A DNA stretch of 64,000 bases from an uncultured Gammaproteobacteria bacterium (lineage in GTDB: Bacteria; Patescibacteriota; Microgenomatia; Levybacterales; UBA12049). The number at the start of each line of letters is the position of its first letter. Position 1 is the stretch's first letter. The notes under the pieces were generated by a model, which did not search any database, had not been told where the DNA came from, and saw only the letters and a program-made list of their open reading frames with translations. Where the stretch lies: the NCBI GenBank assembly GCA_964515545.1, contig CAZERI010000002.1:213731-277730 (forward strand), read 5' to 3'. The translations under genes and the position numbers were made by a program. This document shows positions 19,386 to 32,083 of this stretch, piece by piece.

Positions 19386-19436
19386 ATCCTACATATTGTC
19401 TAGTCATTTTATGAAATTTTAGTGGTAAAAACAATG

Positions 19437-20069
19437 TTAAGCGGATTTTTTAGAATCGAGGAATTTCTTACCGTGACCTACTGTGGTATTTATAGGTACA
19501 CCATCTCTACAAAGTGGACATTCATCAGCTGAATATGTAGTAACTTTAAGTTCGGCAAGGGATGAAAAAGGTACTCCCATCATTTCAGAATTAACTTTTT
19601 CAGGATCCTTATTGACCATAACACATACTTGGAGGACATTACCCCCTGCACGTTTTACTGTATCAACTACTTTTTTAACAGATCCACCTGTCGTAGTCAG
19701 ATCTTCAACGATGAGGACATTCTTGTTTTTTACATATGCATCGTATCCACGAGTAAAGACTTGATCTTTCTCTGCATTTTTTTCAGTATATACACCAAAA
19801 ATCTCTTTATTTTTTAGCTGAGTAAGATGATGAGCTGTCCAAGTTGAAAGAATAATGCCTCCCATGGCAGGAGCAGCTACTACGTCGATGTCTAGGTCTT
19901 TATTTTTTTCTGCAAATAGCCGACCCATTTCTGAAGTCTCCTCAGTATGAGGGTAAAGGGCGTCTTTATTGATATAGGTGTTAAAATGAAGCCCTGATGT
20001 CCCTACAAAGTGATCGTTTGGTAAAATAGCACCTGTTTTTTCGAGAAGTTCTAATGCTTTATTATCCAT
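19437..20069 (-). CDS. pyrE: Orotate phosphoribosyltransferase-like type I PRTase
   Basis: PRPP-binding motif VLIVEDLTTTGGS, 210 aa length and immediate juxtaposition with the pyrF and pyrD homologs. Confidence 0.7.
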   Translation of the reverse strand: MDNKALELLEKTGAILPNDHFVGTSGLHFNTYINKDALYPHTEETSEMGRLFAEKNKDLDIDVVAAPAMGGIILSTWTAHHLTQLKNKEIFGVYTEKNAEKDQVFTRGYDAYVKNKNVLIVEDLTTTGGSVKKVVDTVKRAGGNVLQVCVMVNKDPEKVNSEMMGVPFSSLAELKVTTYSADECPLCRDGVPINTTVGHGKKFLDSKKSA

Positions 20070-20890
20070 TATCGATAGGTATTTATTTTATCCCGAAGCA
20101 TTTGTGCCTCAAGACGCGCTCTATTTGCAAAATCTTCATGAGAGCTTGCATAAATGATACTTCGTCCTGCATTAATTATCAATCCAGCTTTATCTGATCG
20201 TAGACCAGCTCTTAATGTTGCTTCTAAGTCTCCTCCCTGACTTCCAATCCCAGGAACTAAGAAATTCATTTCAGGGGCAACACTTCGGATCTTTTTCATT
20301 TGTTCAGGCCATGTCGCTCCCACCACCAGGAGACAGTTATGGTATTTTTTATCCCATTCTGCTACTTTCTCTGCAATTTTTATATACAAAGGCTTTCCTT
20401 CTACCATAAGATCTTGGAACTCAGAGGCACTAAGATTAGACGTCCGGCACAGGATAATACAGCCTCTATCCTGACGCTTTAAAAAGAACTCCAGGGAATC
20501 TTCACCCATATAAGGATGGAGAGTCACTGCATCTGCTTTGAAATAGTCGAATGCAGCCATAGCATAGTGTTCTGAAGTACTGCCGATATCTGCCCTTTTG
20601 GCATCGAGAATAACTGGAATATCAGGATAGGCTGAATGAATATACTCAACAGTCTTCTCAAGACTTGCAAGACCTTCTACACCATCTGCTTCATAGTATG
20701 CGCTATTTGGTTTGTACGCACAGACAAAATCATGGGTAGCATCTATTATTTCTTTATTAAATTCAAAAATATGATCCTCATTTTCTTCGACAAGATGAGG
20801 CGGGATTTTATGAATATCGGTATCAAGTCCTATACAAAGAAGTGAATTATTAGTTTCTACTGATATATTTAATTTTTCAACAAATGTCAT
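20069..20890 (-). CDS. pyrF: Orotidine-5'-phosphate decarboxylase (long/type 2 form)
   Basis: LCIGLDTD active-site region near the N-terminus. The 273 aa length fits the type 2 OMPDC family. Confidence 0.7.
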   Translation of the reverse strand: MTFVEKLNISVETNNSLLCIGLDTDIHKIPPHLVEENEDHIFEFNKEIIDATHDFVCAYKPNSAYYEADGVEGLASLEKTVEYIHSAYPDIPVILDAKRADIGSTSEHYAMAAFDYFKADAVTLHPYMGEDSLEFFLKRQDRGCIILCRTSNLSASEFQDLMVEGKPLYIKIAEKVAEWDKKYHNCLLVVGATWPEQMKKIRSVAPEMNFLVPGIGSQGGDLEATLRAGLRSDKAGLIINAGRSIIYASSHEDFANRARLEAQMLRDKINTYR

Positions 20891-21978
20891 TAGCTATTTT
20901 CTGCTTTCCAAATAGTATAGGCAAGCATAGGATCCCACATAGCACCTGTCGCTGACTGGACCAAATCAGCCCCTGCCTTTCTATAGTCAAAGTAATCTTG
21001 TGTATCCATTACTCCACCAATACCGACAATCTCAAACGAGTAGCCATTTTTTCGTCTAATAGCATGCAGCCTTTCAACCATTTCTAAGCCAGCCCACTTA
21101 ATAGAAGCTCCGCAGACTCCACTTCTCATGCGATTTTTGCCAGGAAGTGCCTGATCACCTTTCTCATCTACGACCTCGACCTGGAGAGTATTAATGGCTG
21201 CTATAGCACCAGCATGATTATTCGCTATTTGAGCCAGCTTTTCTAATTGTACGTCGTCTTTAAAATATCCAACTTTAAGGATAAGGGGGAGGCTGCCGAT
21301 TCGTTTACGGATAGCCTGGGTAACAGCTTCTGTGACGTCTAGGTTATAACAGACTAGTCCTTCATTGCCAATATTAGGGCATGATAAATTTGCCTCGAGA
21401 ATTTTTGCTCCTGTCTCTGCTGAGAGCTGACTGGATACTGCAAAATCTTCGATAAAATCGTCTTGGGACTGGCCTTCTCTAACTGTCCCCATAAAACTTA
21501 GTATCATTGCTTGCCCATCTCCAACGTAGGTTAATGCTTTTTTGACATCTGCCTGCCAGTATTCAACTGACTTGGATGGAACACCAAATGAGTTAGTTAT
21601 GGTGATAGAGTCAAGAGAAAGAGGAGTATCTTTTGTTGCAACAAGCCGGGGAGTTTGATCTGGATGAAGTTCAGGAGGAGTCTTAACATATAGAACATTC
21701 GGGAATGGGTGGCAGGGGAAAGTACCTGATCGAACTGTCTTATATGTCGAGACATCAAAGCCGAATTCAAAGGCTGTTTTCATATATGCGCTATTTAGCA
21801 GAGGGCCTGGTGGAATGCCAAAAGGAAGGGAAACTTTTTGTCCTAGAAAAGAGAAGCTTTTAGCTTGATTCAGATCTCTAAGTGGTAATTTTTTGCGGGA
21901 GGAGAGAATAGGGGGACCATCGGTGTAATTATCATCGTAGCTTTTAAGTGGATCGTAAAAAGCCGGTTTTTGCAGCAT
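20890..21978 (-). CDS. pyrD: Dihydroorotate dehydrogenase family protein (class 1-like with catalytic Cys, N-terminal extension)
   Basis: LSCPNIG catalytic motif and a C-terminal FMN-binding region (VGIGGV). The ~60 aa N-terminal extension is atypical. Confidence 0.65.
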   Translation of the reverse strand: MLQKPAFYDPLKSYDDNYTDGPPILSSRKKLPLRDLNQAKSFSFLGQKVSLPFGIPPGPLLNSAYMKTAFEFGFDVSTYKTVRSGTFPCHPFPNVLYVKTPPELHPDQTPRLVATKDTPLSLDSITITNSFGVPSKSVEYWQADVKKALTYVGDGQAMILSFMGTVREGQSQDDFIEDFAVSSQLSAETGAKILEANLSCPNIGNEGLVCYNLDVTEAVTQAIRKRIGSLPLILKVGYFKDDVQLEKLAQIANNHAGAIAAINTLQVEVVDEKGDQALPGKNRMRSGVCGASIKWAGLEMVERLHAIRRKNGYSFEIVGIGGVMDTQDYFDYRKAGADLVQSATGAMWDPMLAYTIWKAENS

Positions 21979-22424
21979 TATGGTTTTGAGTTAATTTGAT
22001 TTTGTTTGTGGCGTTTATTGGCAACTTTGATTTGTACGAGGGCACGCTTCATAGCAGCCTCAAAGTCTCGTTCAGTTATGTCATCACGCTTAGTTTTGAG
22101 CATCTCTTCAGCTCTTTTTTGAGCCTCAACTACCTCTCTCATGTTAATTTCATCAGATCTGACTGCAAAATCAGCAAGAAGAGAAACTGTATCATGCTGG
22201 ATCTCCAGGAACCCTTGGGTAACCGCAATATGCTGATCTTTCCCAGCAGTCTTTATAGTAACCTCGCCATCTGAGATTTGGGTTACTAAGTTCATATGGT
22301 GGGGAAGGATGGCAATCTCGCCATTAACAGTAGGGGCGATAAGCTCTTGGATTTCGCCTTCAAAAATAGTTCGCTCTGGAGTAATAAGCTTGAGAATCAT
22401 AGAGTAGAATGTTAGAAAGATCAC
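21978..22424 (-). CDS. atpC: F1Fo ATP synthase epsilon subunit
   Basis: ITPERTIFEGEIQELIAPTVNGEIAILPHH is a classic epsilon N-terminal beta-sandwich sequence. It lies immediately downstream of atpD. Confidence 0.8.
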   Translation of the reverse strand: MIFLTFYSMILKLITPERTIFEGEIQELIAPTVNGEIAILPHHMNLVTQISDGEVTIKTAGKDQHIAVTQGFLEIQHDTVSLLADFAVRSDEINMREVVEAQKRAEEMLKTKRDDITERDFEAAMKRALVQIKVANKRHKQNQINSKP

Positions 22425-22441
22425 AACGCCTCAATAGGGAG

Positions 22442-24700
<2,259 letters not shown>

Positions 24701-24701
<1 letters not shown>

Positions 24702-26239
24702 TATTTTTTCTTCTCCTCTGTAGCAAAACCTTTTTTAAATTCTTCGATCATTTGATCTACTTCTTTAAGATCTTCTTCTTTGAGTTTTTCTCCATTTCCT
24801 AGTCTCTCCATAACTTTTGCATATTTCTTTTGTTCAGCATATTCCTGAAGTTCTTGATCAAATCTTGAGAGGTCTTCAACTTTTATATCATCAACGTGTC
24901 CACGGGATACAACTATAATAGTAAGGATTTCTTTAGCTTCTGAAAGAGGTCTGTATTGTGGTTGCTTAAAGATCTCCGTAATCCGTTTACCTCTTTCAAG
25001 TTGCTTTGCAGTAGCAGGATCCAGATCAGAGCCAAACTGAGCAAATGCTGCTAATTCACGATATTGAGCTAATTCGAGCTTCATTTTTCCTGCAACTGAC
25101 TTCATAGCACCTGTTTGGGCTGCAGTTCCTACACGTGACACTGAGTTACCTACATTAATTGCTGGTCTAACACCAGAATTGAATAAATCTGTCTCTAAGA
25201 ATATTTGTCCATCAGTAATTGAGATAACATTAGTAGGGATATAGGCTGAGATATCTCCTGCCTGTGTTTCGATAATAGGAAGCGCTGTGATAGAACCTCC
25301 GCCATTTTCTTTATTAAGCTTAACTGCTCTTTCAAGCAGTCGACTATGGAGGTAAAAGATATCCCCTGGATAAGCCTCACGGCCTGCAGGACGTCCCAAT
25401 ACCAAAGAAATCTGGCGGTAAGCCCATGCCTGCTTAGTTAAGTCATCATAGATGATGAGGACATCTTCTCCTTTTTCCATAAAGTATTCAGCAATTGCTA
25501 CGCCAGCAAATGGAGCTAAGTATTGGAGAGAAGCTGGGTCAGATGCTCCTGCTACGACAATGACAGTGTTATCAAGAGCGTCTGCCTCTTTGAGCCGGCC
25601 CATAATTTGGGCAACTGTACTTTGCTTTTGGCCGATCGCGACATACACGCTGATAACTTTCTTTCCATTTTTTGCATTATTTTTTTGGTTAATAATAGCA
25701 TCAATTGCGATAGCTGTCTTTCCGATACCACGGTCACCAATAATAAGTTCGCGCTGTCCACGGCCAATAGGGATCATCGCGTCAATAGCCTTTATTCCGG
25801 TTTTAAGAGGTGTATCTACTGGCTCGCGTTCAACAACACCGGCTGCAATCTTCTCAAGAGGCATAAGCTTACCTTTTTTAAGAGTTGGTCTGCCATCCAG
25901 TGAATGGCCAAGAGGGTCAATAACTCTTCCCAAAATCTCATCTGACACGGTAATACCTAGTAACTCTCCGGTAGTTTTGACTTGATCTCCTTCGCGAATT
26001 TCAGCGGATCTATCAAGAGCAATAATAGAGACAGAATCTTCTTCGAGATCAAGGACCATCCCATCAGCGCCATTTGAGAAAGTTACTCTTTCTCCCATAA
26101 CAGCTTTTGATAAGCCTGTAACTGAAATAACTCCGTCATGGTTTTTTTCGACAACGCCTACATTTGCTGTTTTGGCATCATAATGAAAACCTTGGACTCT
26201 TTCTTCTAATTGTTTAATAATATCGTTACTATTAATCAT
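24701..26239 (-). CDS. atpA: F1Fo ATP synthase alpha subunit
   Basis: P-loop GDRGIGKTAIA, 512 aa and a conserved C-terminal domain. Confidence 0.95.
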
Positions 26240-26585
26240 ATTGTTCTTCTATGTGCTCTGTTACTTTTTCAAGAGTATTCTTAAGACTCATTTCAAAAAT
26301 ATCATCATTATTGTACAATCTCATTCCTAGAAGGAGAGAAGGATCTACTGTAACAACCAATTTTTTATCCGGAAACAATTCTTGAATTCCGTCTAGATCA
26401 AAGCCTCCTTTGCTTGCTACTTCTACAATTATTTTATTTTCTCTTTCCCAGTTCTTTAGCGCTTTAATATAAAGACGCAGTTCTTTTTTTGTGAGGAGAT
26501 CAGCAATTTTGTTAATTTTTCTTGCATCTAACTCACCATCAGAATAACTTCCGATAACCATTTGTTTTAATGTCTGTCTTTTCAT
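26232..26585 (-). CDS. atpH: F1Fo ATP synthase delta (OSCP) subunit, unusually short form
   Basis: The position between atpF and atpA and the C-terminal VTVDPSLLLG motif correspond to the delta C-terminal signature. At only 117 aa it is far shorter than the typical ~180 aa. Confidence 0.55.
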   Translation of the reverse strand: MKRQTLKQMVIGSYSDGELDARKINKIADLLTKKELRLYIKALKNWERENKIIVEVASKGGFDLDGIQELFPDKKLVVTVDPSLLLGMRLYNNDDIFEMSLKNTLEKVTEHIEEQYD

Positions 26586-26588
26586 GTC

Positions 26589-27095
26589 CTAGTCAACTTT
26601 TTTCTTTAATGTTCGTAGTGCTTTATCTATTACTAATGACTGTTCTTTCCCTGTAAATAATTCTTGTGTAGATTTCTCTAAAAGTTCAACTGCTAATTGA
26701 CTAATATGTCCTGCTAGTCTCTTTTCAGCTGCTTTTGTTTCAAGAGTTATTTGTTCCTTTGCTTCCTGCAACATTTTTTCAGTCTGTTCTTTTGTCTTAA
26801 CCTCTGCTTCACTCAGAACTTCTTCACGATGCTTCTTAGCATCTTCTAATAGCTGTTTAGCTTCTGTCTGAGCCTTACGTAATATTTCACGCTCCTTATC
26901 AGATGTTTCTTGCAAAAGCTTACGTGCTTCTTCCGCCTGCTCGAGCCCGTCTTTAATAGTCTTCTCTCTATTCTTTAACATAGTAAGAATAGGCTTAAGA
27001 GCAAATTTTTTGACAATATAAAATACGATCAAAAAATTGACTGTCTGAGCTGCGAGCAGGATCCAGTTAATACCAAATTTGCCTAAAACTTCCAT
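26589..27095 (-). CDS. atpF: F1Fo ATP synthase b subunit
   Basis: A single N-terminal TM helix followed by a long charged coiled-coil (EEARKLLQE...), 168 aa. Confidence 0.7.
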   Translation of the reverse strand: MEVLGKFGINWILLAAQTVNFLIVFYIVKKFALKPILTMLKNREKTIKDGLEQAEEARKLLQETSDKEREILRKAQTEAKQLLEDAKKHREEVLSEAEVKTKEQTEKMLQEAKEQITLETKAAEKRLAGHISQLAVELLEKSTQELFTGKEQSLVIDKALRTLKKKVD

Positions 27096-27105
27096 AAAAA
27101 CTTCC

Positions 27106-28070
<965 letters not shown>

Positions 28071-28176
28071 ATGTGGTATTTTATCGAAGTCCTGATCGTG
28101 GCGTCAAGCTATTTTATTCGTGGAGAGATTTTGCTATACTGAAAGGTAGAACTTTTTTACTCCAGAAGTATGGAGC

Positions 28177-28791
28177 CTATAACCAGTCCTTTTTGTATAT
28201 AAAAAGGAGAAAAGGGATAGCCCCTAGAAAATTTATTAGTGCAGCAAGTGCAAATAATACGTGGAATCCATAGATAGATTCAAAAAATCCTCCTAAGGCT
28301 GAAGCTAGCGCCATACATCCAAATGTTACTGCATCAGCAATACTCCAGTCTGTTGCTTCCTTATTTTTTTCTATGTGAATGGAAAAAAGTGCATTTTTAG
28401 CGGGAGAGGACAAGCCTAGTCCAGCACCAGCTACCATATAAGCAATAAGAAGCATTGAGACTGATTGGGAAAGACTGAAGAATAAATAGGAAAAACCTAA
28501 TATAGTAATACCTACCAATGCAATAACATATTTCTTCTGATCATTAGTCTTAAGAAGAATTTTCCCACAGATAAGTTCAAAAACTACACGGGTTATGAGG
28601 TAAATACTGTATGCAGAAGCAGCTGTCTGTACACTCCCTCCTTTAACCTGGTTAACGACAAATACAGCGAGGATTGGGATAACGAAATTCCAAGCGGACC
28701 AAACGAAACTTTCCGAAATAATATAGCCTCTTACTATCTGATTTACACTAAAGTGAGAGGGGAGTCTTCCTAAAAGGTATTCCTTTATCAT
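28177..28791 (-). CDS. Six-helix membrane protein (half-MFS-like)
   Basis: 204 aa with 6 predicted TM helices and no recognisable catalytic motif. It lies between the atp operon and dnaE. Confidence 0.35.
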   Translation of the reverse strand: MIKEYLLGRLPSHFSVNQIVRGYIISESFVWSAWNFVIPILAVFVVNQVKGGSVQTAASAYSIYLITRVVFELICGKILLKTNDQKKYVIALVGITILGFSYLFFSLSQSVSMLLIAYMVAGAGLGLSSPAKNALFSIHIEKNKEATDWSIADAVTFGCMALASALGGFFESIYGFHVLFALAALINFLGAIPFLLFIYKKDWL

Positions 28792-28833
28792 CTCTTATCT
28801 ATTCTAGTAATAAAAAAAGCTAAATGTAAATAT

Positions 28834-31800
28834 TTAGTTGGAGATCAAACTTTTTGCGGAGTAAATTTTATTAGCAATAATAACTGGCTGTTCGTCTTTA
28901 CTATCCAGCTTACCTTCTATCATGATTACATTGTCATTAATCAGGAGAGACTTCGATTCTTCAAAGACTTTAGGGAATACTACACACTCTACGGTAAGAC
29001 CTTTTTCATCTCCTATTGAAAGGAAAGCCATCTCCGCATTGGTCTTTCTTGTCATTATCTTACGATAACCTTCAATGATTCCTCCTATTTTGACAAATGT
29101 TCCCTGGCGTTCTCCATCTAAGAGATCTAATTCATGGCTTATGTAGTGCTTAATAGAAGAGAGTGTCTCCATATGAGGATGGGAGGTAAGGTAAAAGCCT
29201 AAGAACTCTTTTTCAAAGTTAAGCTTTTCTTCAAGTGTGAAGTCATCAACCTCATAGATAACCTGTTCCATAATCTCTTTTTGTCCATCAAGCTCGTCAC
29301 CAAAAAGAAGTCCTTGTCCTTCAGATTCATTTTTTTTGAATTTGGTAATATTATTCATAACGTCAGGCATACTAATGAGGAGAGACGCTCTATTGCCAAA
29401 ACTATCGAAGGCGCCTGATTTGATAAGGCTCTCGATAGTTTTTTTGTTAACTTTACTAAGATCTACCCTCATACAAAAATCCTGAAGGGTAGAGAATGGG
29501 CGGTTTTTTCGGGCTTCAAGGATACTTTCTATTGCAGCAGATCCCACATTTTTAATAGCAGATAGACCAAAACGAACCATAGTCTTCTCTTCGATACTAA
29601 AATCTGATTGTGAATAATTAATATCCGGCTTTAGAATAGGAACTTCTAACCTCTTACACTCAGCAACAGCTTGAGAAATTTTCTCATTCTTTTGGGGGCC
29701 TGAAGTTCCTCTCGACTCTGCTGTTAACACTGCTGTCATAAATTCCACAGGAAAATGGGCTTTAAGATATGCTGTCCTGAATGCAATCATTGCATAGCAG
29801 GCTGCATGAGCTTTATTAAATCCATACCCCGCAAATGGAGCAATCAACTCATAAATTTCTCTGGCTTTTTTCTCTGTTAATCCATTTTTGAGACAGCCTG
29901 AGATAAATAATTCTTCCTGCTTTTTCATTTCGCTAGGAATTTTTTTACCCATAGCTTTTCGGAATTTATCAGCATCAAGCCAGGTATAGCCAGCGAGAAT
30001 TATAGCAGTAAGAAGTACATCGTCCTGGAAAGTAAGTACGCCATATGATTCCTTGAGAATTCCTTCCAATTTAGGGTGCGGGTAGGTAATAAGAGTAGGA
30101 TTTCTTTTGCGGGCAATAAATTCAGGGATATTCTGCATCGGACCAGGTCGATATAAGGCGACCATTGCCTGCAGATCAAAAATAGTTGTCGGTTTAAGTT
30201 CTTTAATATACCGGCGCATACCTGCAGACTCGAGCTGAAAAATACCGGTAGTTTCTCCTTGGCCAAGCAACTCGTACGTAGCACGATCATCAAGATTTGC
30301 TTTATTAAGATCAATTTCTCTCTCTTGATTAGCTCTAATAAATTTAAGTGTTTCTTCGATGATTGTTAAATTACGGAGTCCAAGAAAGTCCATTTTTAAG
30401 AGGCCTACTCCGTCTTCACCCACTGTGTACATGTCATACTGAGTGACTATCTTTTCGCCGTTTGTCTCTCTTTGGATAGGAGTGTAGTCAGTAATATCCT
30501 TGTCTGCAATTACTACTCCGGCAGCGTGGACAGAAGCATGTCTAGCGACTCCTTCTAGCTTTTTTGAAATATCAAGAAGCCTCTGCGTCTCAGGCTCTGT
30601 GTCATATGCTCTTTTTAGATCAAGGCTTTGGGTAAGTGCATTATCTATCGTCATGGCATGGCCCTGCCATCCCGGCGGAATCATCTTGGAAATTCTATCA
30701 GGTCCCGCATACGGCATACCTAAAGCTCTTCCTGCATCTCTTACAGATCCACGTGCCTCCATAGTCCCAAAAGTGATAATTTGGGCTACTTTGTCTTTCC
30801 CATATCGTTCGGTAACGTAGGCGACGACTTCCTCTCGTCTGGTATCAGCGAAATCTAAATCGATATCTGGAGCGGATGGTCGCATCGGGTTGAGGAAGCG
30901 TTCAAAGGGAAGTGAAAAATAGAAGGGATCAACGTCTGTAATATTCAGACAGTAGGACACAACAGATCCTGCAGCAGAGCCACGGCCAGGACCTACGGCT
31001 ATACCATGGTCTTTAGCCCAGTTAACGAAGTCCTGGACAATAAGGAAATAAGCGTCATACTCCTTATCTCTAATAATTCCTAGTTCATAATCAACTCTGT
31101 CCTGAATTTCCTTCGTGATTTCAGAATATCTATTGTGCATTCCTGAATAGGTTAATTCTTTTAAGTATTCGGCTGCGGTCTTGCCATCTGGTACAGCAAA
31201 GATAGGCATATGCCACTTGCCTAGTTCTATTGTGACATTACATCGATCAGCAATTTTAACAGTATTTTCTATAGCTTCTGGTATGTCTTGAAAAAGATCT
31301 GCCATCTCTTGAGCATTTTTGATATAAAAATCCGGAGAATCGATCATCGATAGCTTTCTATTGGTATCTAAAAGAGTATGCTGTGTCTGGATGCAAAGGA
31401 GTACTTCCTGAGCTTCTGCATCTGCTTTCTTTGTATAGTGATTATCATTGGTAGCAACCAGCGGTATTCCTAACTTTTTTGAAAGAGCTATTAATTTTTC
31501 GTTAGCTACTTTTTGAGGGGGAACATTTAAATGCCGTTGTATTTCTAAATAAAAATTACCTTGCCCAAAAATGTCGTTTAGTGTCTTTGCTCTTTCTTCT
31601 CCGGTTTTATCTTCTCCAGCAACGAGAGGAGCTGTGACATACCCATTTACACAGGCTGAAAGACAAATAAGACCTTCATGGTATTTTTCTAAAAGCGTAA
31701 GATCTACACGAGGTTTGTAGTAATATCCTTCCAGCCAGGAGATAGAAATAATTTTCATTAAATTTTTATAGCCCGTTTCATTTTCGGAAAGGAGGATAAG

Positions 31801-32064
31801 ATGATTATAGTCATTATCTACGCCTGCTTCTTTATCTTTTAAGGAGCGTTTTGCCACATAGACTTCACAACCTATAATAGGTTTTATATCGGCTGCCATA
31901 CAGGCAGAGTAGAACTTAATAGCTCCATATAAATTACCATGATCAGTAATAGCAAGTGCTTTCATGCCTATCGATTTGGCATATGCGACCATACTCTTTG
32001 TTTTTTGGAGTCCGTCCAAAAGAGAGTACTCAGAATGATTGTGAAGATGTACAAATTCCGCCAT
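28834..32064 (-). CDS. dnaE: DNA polymerase III alpha subunit
   Basis: N-terminal PHP domain (FVHLHNHSEYSLLDG), polymerase core motifs and a C-terminal OB fold. Length 1076 aa. Confidence 0.95.
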   Translation of the reverse strand: MAEFVHLHNHSEYSLLDGLQKTKSMVAYAKSIGMKALAITDHGNLYGAIKFYSACMAADIKPIIGCEVYVAKRSLKDKEAGVDNDYNHLILLSENETGYKNLMKIISISWLEGYYYKPRVDLTLLEKYHEGLICLSACVNGYVTAPLVAGEDKTGEERAKTLNDIFGQGNFYLEIQRHLNVPPQKVANEKLIALSKKLGIPLVATNDNHYTKKADAEAQEVLLCIQTQHTLLDTNRKLSMIDSPDFYIKNAQEMADLFQDIPEAIENTVKIADRCNVTIELGKWHMPIFAVPDGKTAAEYLKELTYSGMHNRYSEITKEIQDRVDYELGIIRDKEYDAYFLIVQDFVNWAKDHGIAVGPGRGSAAGSVVSYCLNITDVDPFYFSLPFERFLNPMRPSAPDIDLDFADTRREEVVAYVTERYGKDKVAQIITFGTMEARGSVRDAGRALGMPYAGPDRISKMIPPGWQGHAMTIDNALTQSLDLKRAYDTEPETQRLLDISKKLEGVARHASVHAAGVVIADKDITDYTPIQRETNGEKIVTQYDMYTVGEDGVGLLKMDFLGLRNLTIIEETLKFIRANQEREIDLNKANLDDRATYELLGQGETTGIFQLESAGMRRYIKELKPTTIFDLQAMVALYRPGPMQNIPEFIARKRNPTLITYPHPKLEGILKESYGVLTFQDDVLLTAIILAGYTWLDADKFRKAMGKKIPSEMKKQEELFISGCLKNGLTEKKAREIYELIAPFAGYGFNKAHAACYAMIAFRTAYLKAHFPVEFMTAVLTAESRGTSGPQKNEKISQAVAECKRLEVPILKPDINYSQSDFSIEEKTMVRFGLSAIKNVGSAAIESILEARKNRPFSTLQDFCMRVDLSKVNKKTIESLIKSGAFDSFGNRASLLISMPDVMNNITKFKKNESEGQGLLFGDELDGQKEIMEQVIYEVDDFTLEEKLNFEKEFLGFYLTSHPHMETLSSIKHYISHELDLLDGERQGTFVKIGGIIEGYRKIMTRKTNAEMAFLSIGDEKGLTVECVVFPKVFEESKSLLINDNVIMIEGKLDSKDEQPVIIANKIYSAKSLISN

Positions 32065-32083
32065 AGTGTGAGAATACCTTCAA

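Noticed and set aside
25452-25985. 177-aa and 126-aa plus-strand ORFs, and other antisense ORFs inside atpA, atpD, dnaE, gatA and pyrG
   Set aside because: They are antisense to or frame-shifted within highly conserved protein-coding genes. Their low-complexity, Ser/Leu-rich translations are typical shadow ORFs.
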